A stretch of DNA of 64,000 nucleotides from Eledone cirrhosa (taxonomy: Eukaryota), in contig OZ024740.1 of the NCBI GenBank assembly GCA_964016885.1, positions 243,412,001-243,476,000 on the forward strand, given 5' to 3'. Positions 36,646 to 49,584 of this stretch are shown piece by piece; position 1 is the stretch's first letter; every line of letters begins with the position of its first letter. The notes under the pieces are model-generated. The model ran no database searches and was not told the DNA's origin. It worked only from the letters and a program-made list of their open reading frames with translations. Made by a program: the position numbers and the translations under genes.

Positions 36646-37072
36646 TTTTTAGATATAATAAACAACAATTAAAGAGTGTTTAGAACATTTAGTCACTTAT
36701 GATCGTTTCATGTGGGCACAAGACCGGAATCATTGGAGTATATAATAAAGGTTGAAACACAAATATAGTATCAGAAGTTTGTTGTAAGAACATTAGGAGG
36801 ATACATAATATGGGAAGTAAGCATAAGTATGAACATTCATATAAGAAAAGATAGCAAACGTGGAAGAAACATATGAAAAATATGAGCATATAAATAGAAT
36901 AAAATAAAATTAGGAGCAGCTAAAAGCATTAAAAATTTAAAAGACATGCTGCTATAGAGAAACATGCTGTTATAGAGAGGTTAAGTATAGTGCAAGACAT
37001 ATATCATAATTAGTAATAAACATATATATATACTTGTTACTTTACATTGAATTATTCTAATACATATATATA

Positions 37073-39198
37073 TCATCATCATCATCATTTTACGTCTGCT
37101 CTTCCCTGCTTGCAAGGGTGGGACAGGTCTTATTCAGCACAGCATCTCTCCACTTGTCACGGTCCTTCGTCATCTCCACCGTGAGCTTCAGTGATCTGAG
37201 GTCTGTTCTCACCACCTCCGCCCATGTTTTTCATGGTCTACCTCTACCACGTCTTCAACTGGCATTTCCTGGCACTTCTTTACCCATCGGTCATCCTCCA
37301 TGCCCATCACATGTCCATACCACCTCAGTCTCCTCTCCTGTACACTACATTCTATCCTTCTCAGACACAGTTTCTCTCTCAACACATTCATGCTGGGTCA
37401 TTCACGCACATTGACATTGTACATCCAACGGAGCATGCTTGCCTCATTTCCCTCCAGCCGTCGCATATCCTCTACAGTTGCTGCCGATGTCTCACTACCA
37501 TGCAGCATTGCGCACCTCACACAGGCATCATATAACCGGCATCATATAACCCTTCTTCGTCAGCAGAGGAAGCAGGTCCCTAAACTTCTTCCAACCAGTC
37601 CTTATTCTAGATACTATGGCCTCAGAACACCCCCTCCCATGCTAATCTGATCTCCTAGGTACCGGAAGCTATCCACCACTTCTATAGCACCCGCCTGCAT
37701 TTGAAAAATGTGTCTATCAATGCGACTTCTACTGTCTAATTTCCCTGTAGATCTACTGCATACATATTTCTCCTTACCTGTTAGTTTGCCTGCTATCCCG
37801 CTACATCTCTTGTGTACCCAGGATCTGCATTGTATGCATTTTATAGAATTTATGCCAGTTCCTTTTCTGCATATCGAACATGGCCATTTCCCTGATGGAA
37901 TCAGAGTGTTGTCCTCTTTTCTACTCATCAGCACTTTTGTCTTAGCTAGGTTCACTCTCAGTCCTCTTGCTTCCAACTGCTGTTTCCATAGCCAGAATTT
38001 ATTCTCTAGTTCCTCTACTGATTCTGCTATAAGAACCAGATCGTCAGCATAGAGAAGTTCCCATGGACAGCCAGTCTTAAACTCCTCTATTATGGCTTGG
38101 AGGACTATAATGAAGAAGAGCGGGCTGAGGACTGAACCTTGATGTACTCCTACTTGTATCTGGAATTCCTCACTAAACTCCATTCCTACACTAATTTTAC
38201 TGACAGTACCTCTGTACAAAGTTTGCACTGTCCTCACAAGCCATTCCTCAACACCTAGTTTCCTTAGGGACCACCAGATCACAGATCGGGGTACCCTATC
38301 AAAGGCCTTCTCTAGGTCAACAAAGGCTAAGTATAGTGGCTTATTTTTCTCTAAGAACCTCTTTTGCAATTGTCTCACCAAGAAGAGGGCATCTGTTGTA
38401 CTCTTGCCAGGCACAAAACCAAACTGCATCTTATCTAGTTTGACCCTTTCTCTAATTAGTTGTGCTAATATCCTTTCTGCCACTTTTATAACCTGATCCA
38501 TCAGTCTTATACCCCTATAATTGCTCCACTCAAGAGCATCCCCTTTACCTTTGTAGCAATTTATGAGAATACAGCTGCACCAGTCTTTGGGTATGACACC
38601 ACCATATATAGCCTGATTGATGATTCGTACAACCAGCTTAGTGCCTACGTCCCCTGATGCCTTCAGCATCTCAGCAACTATTTCCGATGGTCCAGCAGCC
38701 TTACCATTTTTCATTTCCTTAATAGCCTCTTGGACCCTATATTCGTCAATCTCAATAGCTGGTCCCTCTGTCGGATCTACTGAGGGTAATTTCGCTCTCT
38801 CCCATTCGTTCTCCACATTCATCAGTCTCTCATAATGACATTCCAGGCCTCCTTTTTCTGATCATTCGTGACACTAAGTACACCGGCATCATCCCGGACA
38901 CATTTATCTCCAACATCCTGATTTGCATTGACACACTGCCTTGCAATGTGGAACACCGCACGCCTCTGATCTTCCCGTCGCAGAACATTGGCAAACCTCC
39001 TACTCTCAGCCTCCCTGCGTGTTAAGTACACCTAACGTCTAGCTCCTCTCTTAGCGGCTGTATATTCTTCCCTACTCCCACCCTTTTTCCAAGCCTTCCA
39101 TGCTAGTCTTTTGTCTCTAATGGCCTTATCTACTGTGCTGTTCCACCACCAGGTCACTCTCTGTCTGGTTGGAGCTCTGCTCCAGCCACAAGTTTCAT
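37073..39198 (-). mobile_element. RTE LINE subfamily B, 5'-truncated
   Basis: 402-aa RT ORF at 37614-38822, frameshifts elsewhere, (CAT)n at 37073, TA on both sides. Confidence 0.95.
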
Positions 39199-39210
39199 AT
39201 ATATATATAT

Positions 39211-39475
39211 AAATGGCTTCTACAGGACTAGAACTGTTTCATTCAGGAGAAATCATCAGGAAGCCTATGGTTAAGATGGCACAGTAAGTGCTAAAAGATA
39301 AGTTTATCCCGGGTTCAATCGGTGGTAACCACAGTAAGTAAGGTACTCAATACATGATTTCTTCCGCATGAAACAGTTCTAGTCCTGTAGAAGCCATTTC
39401 TATATTTATATTTATACTCTGCTATGTATTGAGTACCTTACTTACTGTGGTTACCCCCAATTGAATCCAAGATAA

Positions 39476-39481
<6 letters not shown>
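39211..39481. mobile_element. Penelope pseudo-LTR-like remnant with A-B-A'-B' inverted structure
   Basis: 39211-39256 is inverted at 39353-39399; 39298-39355 is inverted at 39425-39481. Confidence 0.75.
39215..39265 (-). ncRNA. Type I hammerhead motif
   Basis: Minus strand GGCTTC-CTGATGA-TTTCTCCTGAAT-GAAA-CAG-TTCTAGTC-CTG-TA-GAAGCC: 6-bp stem I, 4-bp stem III, GUA triplet, weak stem II. Confidence 0.7.
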
Positions 39482-39521
<40 letters not shown>

Positions 39522-39523
<2 letters not shown>

Positions 39524-42500
39524 TAAGCCAGAGCCCCCACGCATCACCAGTATTATTATTACGCGGACCAATCAGAAGCCAGAGGCCTATACTATCGCTT
39601 GCCTGGTTGCCTTTCGATATATGATGGATGGATGGACTGCGGAATCCTGGAGAGTGGAGGAGAGAGAGAAAAATCTGGACGCTCAGCGACAATGCCAAAG
39701 ATAAAGACAAATTCACCTCTTGGACGAGAATGCGAGCACTCCTCATTGTTTCGACCGCGGACGGCTAACATAACCCCATCGCCCCCCGCCCCCCACCGCC
39801 CCCAACCCCCAAACGCAATCCAAAACTTCAGAGTTGGTACCATAAATGTAGGCACCCTAAAGGGTCGCGCTAACGAGGTTGTAGAAATGCTTGAACGTAA
39901 GGAGGTCGATGTTTGTTGTATTCAAGAGACCAGGTGGAGGGGTGGGTCTGCTAGATTCATTGAGGGTAAAAAACGATGTTATAAGCTTTTCTGGGTGGGA
40001 AACGACGATGGGCTGGGTGGAGTAGGAATCATGGTAGCAGAAAAGTGGGCAGATAAGATAATAGACGTAAATAGAGTAAACGACAGAATAATTAAAATAC
40101 GACTTGTCCTCAATAGAACTACGGTGACAGTAATATCTGCGTACGCACCCCAATCCGGACTGCCCGGCACTATAAAAGACAGATTCTATGAGACACTGAT
40201 GCTAACTACCTCCCAAATATCCGACAGTGACTATATAATTATTGCAGGCGACCTAAATGGTCACGTTGGACAACATTGTGACAGCTACGACGAAATCCAT
40301 GGAGGCTATGGGTTTGGTACTAGAAATGAGGAAGGCTCCAGAATCCTGGAATTCTGTGACGCAAATAACCTAACTATCTGTAACACTAACTTCAAAAAAC
40401 GTGACAATCACCTGATCACCTATAGATCCGGGGAACACACAAGCCAGGTAGATTATATCCTTACCAGAAGACGTGACAGAGTGTCTGTTGTAAACACTAA
40501 ATCCCTCCCCCATGAAGAATGCACCTCCCAACATAGACTGATAATTAGCGACCTCATAGTCAGGACGAGACGTACTCGACAGCAGAAGAGGACTATCCTC
40601 AGGAGAAAAATATGGAAGCTAAAGGACCCCACAGCCAGGAATAAATTTCAAAGCATATTACTTGATGCTTTCGACAGTAAGGAAGAACATGTAGAGTCGG
40701 ACAATATAGAGGGAGAGTGGGAATTTCTGAAAGCAAACCTGCTGTTGGCGACAGACGAAGTCTGTGGCTGGAGCAGGCCTGTAGGCAGGAGGAGAGTAAC
40801 ATGGTGGTGGAACAGTAAAGTGGAGTGGTCAATTAAGGCCAAAAAGCAGGCTTGGAAAGTATGGCGGGATGGGGGAAGTAGAGAACACTATCAAGTGGCC
40901 AGGAGGGAAGCTAGGAGACAAGTGTACTTAGCAAGAAGGGAAGCTGAGGAAAGAAAGTTCAAGCATGTTCTACAACGCGATGACCAAAAACGTGAGGTGT
41001 TCAGGATTGCTAGGCAATGCGTCAAGGAAAACCGTGATATTGTCGGGGAGAAGTGTGTACTAAACGACGATGGCACACTTGCCATCACCGACGCTGATAA
41101 GAAGGTAGCTTGGAAGTGTCACTATGAAAGGCTACTAAATGAGGAGAATAAATGGGAGAAAGACAGTCTCCCCCATATCGACCCAATAGAGGGACCAGCA
41201 GTGTTAGTCGAGGGGAGTATAATAAGTAAGGCAATCAAGGATATGAAGACGGGTAAGGCGGCTGGGCCTTCGGAAATAGTTGCTGAGATGCTGAAGGCAT
41301 CTGGCACGGTGGGACACACCATGGTCACCCGCATAGTTAACCAAGTCGTACAGAATGGGGTTGTTCTGAAGGACTGGCATAGCAGCATCATCATTAACTG
41401 TTATAAGGGTAAAGGAGACGCCCTAGATAGGAGTAACTATAGAGGCATTAAATTAATCGACCAGGTCATGAAGGTCACGGAAAAAGTAATAGCACAACTA
41501 ATCAGAGAGAGCAAATTGACCTAGATGAAATGCAGTTCGGGTTTGTGTCAGGCAAAAGTACCACAGACGCTCTTTTCATTGTACGACAACTACAGGAGAA
41601 GTACCTAGCTAAAGGTAAACCCCTCTACTTAGCTTTTGTCGACTTGGAGAAAGCCTTCGACAGAGTCCCCCGCTCCATTATCTGGTGGGCTCTTAGAAAA
41701 CTAGGCGTTGACGAATGGCTTGTGAGAGCTATACAAGCCATGTATAAAGAAACAGTCAGCAAGGTTAGAATTAACCACGAATATAGTGAAGAGTTTAGCG
41801 TAAAAGTTGGCATCCATCAGGGCTCTGTTTTCAGCCCCCTACTATTTATTATTGCCCTTCAGGCTATAACAGAGGAGTTCAAGACCGGCTGCCCATGGGA
41901 ACTCCTATACGCAGACGACCTGACACTCATAGCGGAATCAATGGCCGAGCTAGAGAAGAAATTCCAAACATGGAAGCACGGCCTAGAATCAAAAGGCCTT
42001 AAAATTAACCTGGCTAAGACTAAAGTTCTAGTTTGTAGGAAAGAAAATAAGGCGGCGGTCCCTTCTGGGAAATGGTCGTGCTCGATGTGTAGGAAAGGCG
42101 TAGGTAGAAACTCCATTTTATGTCCTAAATGCAAAGTATGGGTGCATAAAAGATGTAGTGGGATCACAGGTAAGCTAACTAAGAACATAGATTTTACATG
42201 TGGCCGGTGCTCTGGTGCAATAAGTAGCAGCAAGTGCCCACAAAATACTAGCTCTTTCAATTGCGCAGAGGGTTCTATAGAAATAGTGGACAGTTTCTGT
42301 TACCTGGGTGATAAAATCAGCAGTGGGGGAGGGTGCTCTGAAAGTACAGTAGCTAGAGTCAGAACTGGTTGGAAAAAGTTCAGAGAGCTTATACCACTAT
42401 TAGCTGCTAAAGGGTTCTCCCTAAAAATGAAAGGCAGGTTGTACAATGCCTGCATACGAACAGCAATGTTGCATGGCAGTGAGACCTGGGCATTGTGTGC

Positions 42501-43262
42501 AGAGGATATACGCAGACTAGAGAGGAACGAAGCTTGCATGCTCCGCTGGATGTGTAACAGTAATATACGTGAACGGCAAAGCATAAACGAACTAAGGAAA
42601 AAATTAGAAATAAGAGGGATCAGATGTTGTTTACTCGAGAGAAGGCTACGTTGGTATGGACACGTGATGCGCATGAAAGTCGATAGGTGTATAACAAAGT
42701 GCAGGGCAATAAAGATAGACGGTAGCCACGGAATAGGCAGACCTAGAAAAACCTGGGACGAGCTGATAAACTCCGACCTCACACACTTACACCTCTCCAA
42801 GACAATGTCACTGGACCGAGACCTTTGGCGGTACTCAGTAACAGAGAAGACCCGCCTTACCTAAATACATAGTAAAACCTACTACAGCCAGTAGGCATCT
42901 AAGAAAATACCCCCCCCCCGTCCCACCACCCCCAACCCATCCATGCCACCCCGTTCTATGTAAAGTTGTGTTGGTGCCACACCATCCAGGCCGAAACAAA
43001 TGAGATCGTGTAGGTGTCACGACAAAAAAACACACAGTCCACGCTGTAATGGGGCCGTGTAGGTAACACGGTAAAAACCTCCCAGACCCACACTGTAAAT
43101 GTGGTTGGTGTTAGGAAGGGCATCCAACTGTAGAAAACCTGCCAGACAGTTCTATGCGAGCAAGACAATCACTCTTGCCTCAAGTGGGACTACCCCCGTC
43201 CAAACCCATGCAAGCGTGGAACACGGACGTTAAACGGTGATGATGATGATGATGATGATGAT
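39522..43262 (+). mobile_element. Near full-length RTE LINE subfamily A
   Basis: 5'UTR, EN + RT + PHD-like ORF, 3'UTR, (GAT)n tail, (TA)n on both sides. Confidence 0.97.
39692..42864 (+). pseudogene. RTE polyprotein (APE endonuclease + RT + PHD-like finger), one +2 frameshift; ~1056 aa if repaired
   Basis: GTINVGTL, CCIQETRW, SAYAPQ, AGDLNGHVG, QVDYIL, SQHRL; extra AG in the (AG) run at ~41504-41512 relative to paralogues (IREQIDLDEMQ). Confidence 0.9.
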
Positions 43263-43290
43263 ATATATATATATATATATATGTATATAT

Positions 43291-46179
43291 CATCATCATC
43301 ATCATCATCATCATCATCGTTTAACGTCTATCTTCCACGCTAGCATAATTGCTTCCACTTGAGGCAAGATTGGTTGTCTTGCTCGTATGGGACTGTCTGG
43401 CAGGTTTTCTACGACTGGATGCCCTTCCTAACACCAACCACGTTTACAGTGTGGACTGGGAGGTTTTTACCGTGTTACCTACACGGTCACATTACAGTGT
43501 GGACTGTGTGTTTTTTTTGTCGTGACACCTACACAACCTCATTTATTTAGGACTGAATATTGTGGTACCAACATAACTTTACAGAGAAAGGGGTGGTGTA
43601 GATGGGGGTGGGGGTAGGGATAGTGGGTGTATTTTTGGTTAAGAGGTGCCTACTGACTGTAGGTTTCGCTTTGTACTTAGGCAAAGCGGATCTTCTGTAT
43701 TACTGTGTAGCACCAAAGATCTCGGTCCAGTGACATTGTCTTGGAGAGGTGTAAATGTGTAAGGTCGGAATTTATCAAATCGTCCCAGGTTTTTCTGGGT
43801 CTGCCTACTCCGTAACTTCCATCAATTTTGATCGTCCTGCACTTTTTTTATACAGCTGTCGTCTTTCATGCGCATCATGTGACCATGCCAACGTAGTCTT
43901 CTCTCAAGTAAACAGCATCTGATCCCTCTTATTCCTAATTTCGCACTTAGTTCATTTATGCTTTGCCGTTCATGTATATTACTATTACACATCCAATGGA
44001 GCATGCAAGCTTCATTCCTCTCCAGTCTGCACAGATCCCCTGCACACAATGCCCATGTCTCACTGCCATGTAATATTGCTGTTCGTATGCAAGCATCATG
44101 AAGCCTGCCTTTCATTTTTAGAGAGAAACCTTTAGCGGCCAATAGTGGTATAAGCTCTCTGAACTTTTTCCATCCCGTTCTGACTCTAGCTACTGTACTT
44201 TCAGAGCACCCAGGTAATGGAAGGTGTCCACTATTTCTATAGAACTATCTGGGCAATGGAAAAGCTAGTATCCTGTGGGCACTTGCTACTATTTATTGCA
44301 CCTGAGCACTGGCCACATCTAAAATATATGTTCTTAGTTAGCTTACCTATGATCCCACTACATCTTTTATGCACCCATACTTTGCATTTGGGACATAAAA
44401 TAGAGTTTCTGCCTACTCCTCTCCTACACACTGAGCATGGCCATTTCCCATAGGGGACCAGTGCCCTATTTTCCTTCCTACATACTAGAACTTTAGTCTT
44501 AGACAAGTTAATTTTAAGGCCTTTTGATTCTAGGCAATGTTTCCATGTTTGGAATTTCTTCTCTAGTTCAGCCATTGATTCAGCTATGAGCATTAGATCA
44601 TCTGCATATAGAAGTTCCCATGGGCAGCCAGTCTTGAACTCCTCTGTTATAGCCTGAAGGGCAATAATAAATAGGAGGGGGCTAAGGACAGAGCCCTGAT
44701 GAACACCAACTTTTACGCTAAATTCTTCACTGCTGACTGTTTCTTTATACATGGCTTGTATAGCTCTCAGAAGCCATTCATCAACACCTAGTTTTCTAAG
44801 AGCCCACCAGATAATGGAGCGGGGGGACTCTGTCAAAGGCTTTCTCCAAGTCAACAAAAGCTAAGTATAGGGGTTTACTTTTAGCTAGGTACTTCTCCTG
44901 TAGTTGTCGTACAAGGAAAAGAGTGTCTGTGGTACTTTTACCTGACACAAACCCAAACTGCATTTCATCTAGGTCAATTTGCTCTCTGATTAGTAGTTGT
45001 GCTATAACTCTTTCTGTGACCTTCATGACCTGGTCAATTAATTTAATGCCTCTATAGTTTCCCCTATCTAGGGCATCTCCTTTACCCTTGTAGCAGTTAA
45101 TGATGATGCTGCTACACCAGTCATTTGGTATGACCCCATTCTGTATGACTTGGTTTACTATCCGGGTGACCATAGTGTGTCCCACCGATCCAGATGCTTT
45201 CATCATTTCAGCAACTATCTCCGAAGGCCCAGCTACTTTGCCTGTCTTCATATCTTTGATTGCCTTACTTATTATACTACTTTTAACTTGCACTGCTGGT
45301 CCCTCTATTGGATCAATTTGGGGCAGACTATCTTTTTCCCATTTATTCTCCTCATTTAGTAGCCTCTCGTATTGACACTTCTAAGCTACCTTCTTATCAG
45401 CATCAGTTATGGCATGTACACCATCATCATTACGGACACACTTCTCTCCAACAATATCACGGTTTTCCTTGACACATTGTCTAGCAATCCTGGACACCTC
45501 ATGTTTTGGTCCTCGCATTGTAGAACATGCTTGAACTTTCTTTCCTCTGCTTCACTTCTTGCGAAGTACACTTGCTTCCTAGCTTCCCTCCTGGCCACTT
45601 GATAGTGTTCTCTACTTCCCCCATCCCGCCATACTTTCCAGGCTTGCTTTTTGGCCTTGATTGGCTCCTCCACCTTACTGTTCCACCACCAAGTTACTCT
45701 CCTCCTGCCTATAGGTCTGCTCCAGCCACAGATTTCATCTGTCGCCTTCAGCAGGTTAACTTTCAGAAATTCCCACTGTTCCTCTATACTGTACGTCTCT
45801 AATTGCTCTTCCTTACTGTGAAAAGCATCAAGTAATATGCTTTTAAATTTGTTACTGTGGGGTCCTTTAACTTCCATATTCTTCTTCTCAGGGTAGTCCT
45901 CCTCTGTTGTCGAGTATGTCTCGTCCTGACTATGAGGTCACTAACTATGAGGCTATGTTGGGAGGTGCATTCTTCGCGAGGGAGGGATTTAGTGTTTACA
46001 ACAGACACTTTGTCACATCTTCTGGTAAGGATATAATCTATCTGACTGGCGTGTTCCCCTGATCTATAGGTGATCAAGTGATTGTCTCGTTTTTTGAAGT
46101 TTGTGTTACAGATAGTTAGGTTATTAGCGTCAAAGAATTCCAGGATTCTGAAGCCTTCCTCATTTCTGGTACCAAACCC

Positions 46180-46181
<2 letters not shown>
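43291..46181 (-). mobile_element. RTE LINE subfamily A, degraded, 5'-truncated
   Basis: Six ORF fragments collinear with 40310-43262; tail-to-tail with that copy. Confidence 0.95.
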
Positions 46182-46222
<41 letters not shown>

Positions 46223-47179
46223 CATCTGGCCCAAGGATAAAGTTTTATTTGGCTGTCTTCAACAGATCTGCTACACCATTGAGAATGGTGAGTGGCTGGT
46301 GATATGGAATCAGCTGTTCTTGCCCCAAAACTTTGATTCTCATATCAACAACAACACTCCCCCAATCTGCAGACTGTCTCCCAAGCCAGAGACCTCTGAT
46401 CTTGAACTGGAGCCTTCTTTCACAGATAGCTGCAAAAAAGTAAAGCCAGTTGTTGAATATACATCTGAGGTAAATCTCTCTGTTTTCTCTTTATCTCTAT
46501 CACACACACACACACACACACACTCGCTCTCACACACACACACACTCTCTCTCTTTATTCCACACACACTCTCTCTCTCAACGCTTCTCCTGCCTGTTTC
46601 ACTCTCTCTCTGTCATTTCTCTCTCTCCCACTTACGCTCACTCTTTCTCTCTCCCACACACTCTTTCCTATCTGTCTGTGTGTCTCACCCTCTCTGTTAT
46701 CTCTCTCTTTCTCCCCCCCCACACACTCTCTCAACCCCTCTCCTGTCTGTCTCATTCACTCTCTCTGTTCTTTCTCTCTATCCCACCCACACTCACTCAC
46801 TCTTTCTCTATCCCACCCACACTCGCTCACTCTTTCTCTATCCCACCCATACTATCTCACTCTTTCTCTCTTCCACACATACTCTCTCTCAGTCCCTCTC
46901 CAGTCTCACCCTCTCTACCTCTCTTCCTACATCCACCCACCACCACCATCACCACCATTAATGTTGAACATCCTGTAATAAATAAGTAGTAGAAGATATT
47001 TAAAAATAGGTTTGTTAATTCAAATGTTTATAGTATATTTAAAGATTCTTGGGAAAATTTGCAGTAAACTAAATAAAAAAAAAAAAATCAGTTTTGTCAA
47101 CAAATTGTTTGGCAAATTTTGAATGTATGTTAGATTATTGTTAACTGTTTCAAAACAAGCTATGATAAATAGTTGATTT

Positions 47180-47531
47180 CATATTGGTGTCACAACAAAA
47201 AGAACTCAGCCCACACTGTAAAGTGGTTGTGTAGGCATCATGACAAAAAGCACCCAGTACAGACTCTAAATTGGTCATGTAGGCACCATGACAAAAAACA
47301 TCCAGCCCACACTGTAAAGTGGTCATGTAGGAGTTACGAAAAAAAGCACCATCCAGTACACACTGTAAATGTGGTTGGCTTTAGGAAGGGCATTCAGCCA
47401 TAGAAACTTAGCCAGAAACAGTTCTATATGAACAAGACATGGTTACTTGACCCGACTTGCCTCTAATGGGACAACCCATTTTACCCCATGCTAGCGTGGA
47501 AAATGGATGTTAAACGACGATGATGATGATG

Positions 47532-47533
<2 letters not shown>
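47180..47533 (+). mobile_element. RTE 3'UTR/tail fragment with four ~48-bp tandem modules
   Basis: Repeated AAAAAGCACCCAGnnCACACTGTAAAGTGG, then the GGAAGGGCAT core and (GAT)n. Confidence 0.8.
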
Positions 47534-47569
<36 letters not shown>

Positions 47570-47703
47570 GTAGATAAATCTACCAAAAGTTTACGGTAGT
47601 GTCCAATCCGTATGAAGAACTCAATGTAATCCGGATATGATGAAAAGAAGAGATGCATTCAAAAATCACTTTCGGTGAAAGATAAACGGAAAACAGAGTC
47701 AAG

Positions 47704-48088
47704 ATAAATTATTAAAAAAATAATGAATAAACAAAGAAACAGTTCCTTATATTAAACAAAAAAAGTTCATTATTTTACGATCGTTTCTAGGACATATATG
47801 TGTTAGAATTGGTATGCATATTCAAAAGATCTATGTACAAAATTATACAAACTATCAGAGAGAATATACATACCTTCACATATATGCTGTCTTCTGAAGA
47901 CAGCATATATATGTGAAGGTATGTATATTCTCTCTGATAGTTTGTATAATTTTGTACATAGATCTTTTGAATATGCATACCAATTCTAACACATATATGT
48001 CCTAGAAACGATCGTAAAATAATGAACTTTTTTTGTTTAATATAAGGAACTGTTTCTTTGTTTATTCATTATTTTTTTAATAATTTAT
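47704..48088. repeat. ~385-bp near-perfect palindrome containing a long-stem-II hammerhead remnant
   Basis: Centre GTCTTC-T-GAAGAC at 47895. Right arm: CTGAAGA-CAGCATATATATGTG...CACATATATGTCCTA-GAAA-CGATCG-TA (47894-48016). Confidence 0.9.
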
Positions 48089-48189
48089 ATATATATATAT
48101 ATTTGTAAATCAGGTAGTGGATTGAAGTGACATCCGAACAAACACAATAGGCAAACCCAAACGAAATGAGACATCATTGTATTATTTGT

Positions 48190-49510
48190 GGACGGGTCTT
48201 TCACAGGCTTTCAGGACTCAAAACCCATTTGAGATCTCATGCCAGGAAGGAACAGACATAAAGTGTAAGAAGTGGTCAAGCTTTGTACGGAGCAGATGAC
48301 CTTCATATATATATTATGTGTTCCTGATACCAGCTGTGGAGGAAGACTTCTTATTACAAAGTTGGCAGAGGGTCTGCCAGAACACTTTATTTGTTGATCT
48401 GAAGTTGGATTCCAACTTAACCAAAAAGTCCTCCCATGTTTTAACTTTGGACACATTTACTGTCTTTGCTGCGATTTTTCGTGCCTGCTTGTACTGCAAG
48501 TGCAAGAAGGAGGATTTATTTTCAAGACAAGCTTTGTAGGGCTCCTTCTTTGCTCGGATAGCATCTTTAAACTCTTAATAGAACCAAGGGATCCTCCTGC
48601 CACCCGGTGCCACACCAAGCCTCTTTCACCCACAGCATTTAACAACTGAAGCAGAAACTGCTGAGTTGAACAATCTCCATTCTGTCTCAATGTCCTCAGT
48701 TTGCTTAGGGAGTTCTCTGAATTTGGATGCAATAGTATATGCATACCTGGTCCTTATCCACCAACACTTCCCATATTATCCTTTAGGTTGCCCTGGATCT
48801 GCCAGTTTTGTGGGCTTCTTTGGCTTTAGGTAGTCTTAAGCTGCAGATAACTAGATAGTGATCAGTTGACAATTCAGCCCCTCTCTTAACATGAACCTCA
48901 ACAACAGAATTGAAGAGATCAGAGATGAGAATAAAGTCAATTATTGATCTCTGTTCCTGATTCCCCTTATACCATGTATATTTATGAATGTCTCTGTGCT
49001 GGAAGAAGATGTTCATAATAGACAATCCATTGCTAGAACAGTCTAATAAGGCCTCTCTATTTATATTTAGATCGGGGTTGCGGTCATGTACATTGAAATT
49101 TCCCATCAGGATATATGATTCAGTCTTAACTACATCTAATGATGCACTGACTTCATCAAGGAAGGATCTGTATTCAAACTCCTTGTTTGATAAACTTGCA
49201 CCACCCACAGAGACATATCTTTCAACCTAAGCTTCAAGAGGCAAATCCTCTCTTTTAATGGGATCCAGTCCATAACACATTCTGACAGCTGGGTGATTGT
49301 GAGTATCCCACTCCTGCCTGTGCAGTCATTTCTGGTGCCACACCTGAATAGTGGAGTTTCCATCCTCCATCTAAATCTACAGTATCAGAGCCATGGAACT
49401 TTGTTGAGGAAACCCCGACTATATCTAGCCAGTAGCATCTAGCCTCCTCCACTAATTTCTATTTCTTACCTTTAAGGGTTGTGATATTCCAGGTTCCAAT
49501 TGTCAAAGTT
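48190..49510 (-). mobile_element. Rex3/Expander-like RTE LINE endonuclease region (degraded)
   Basis: WNITTLKGKEIELVEEARCYWLDIVGVSSTK..GSDTVDLDGGWKLHYSGV..AQAGVG; RSIIDFIL; VKRGAELSTDHYLV. Confidence 0.75.
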
Positions 49511-49584
49511 TGCTCCCTTTTGAACCCTCTTTTGGGTCTCAGGATATGCAATCTTTGTGTGTCAATCTCACGCCTCCTAGGACA

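Noticed and set aside
36695-36780. Hammerhead 3' half GAAACGATCATA on the minus strand
   Set aside because: No matching CTGANGA core found.
39561-39595. CCAAT box plus TATA-like motif in the RTE 5'UTR
   Set aside because: Short motifs, weak TATA and only one copy to compare; not supportable as a promoter call.
46265-46469. Possible host exon (CAG|ATC...GAG|GTAAAT, one open frame)
   Set aside because: The peptide SHINNN..ICRLSPKPETSDLELEPSF resembles the linker of BovB-type RTE LINEs and no partner exons are seen; cannot be fully excluded without RNA-seq.
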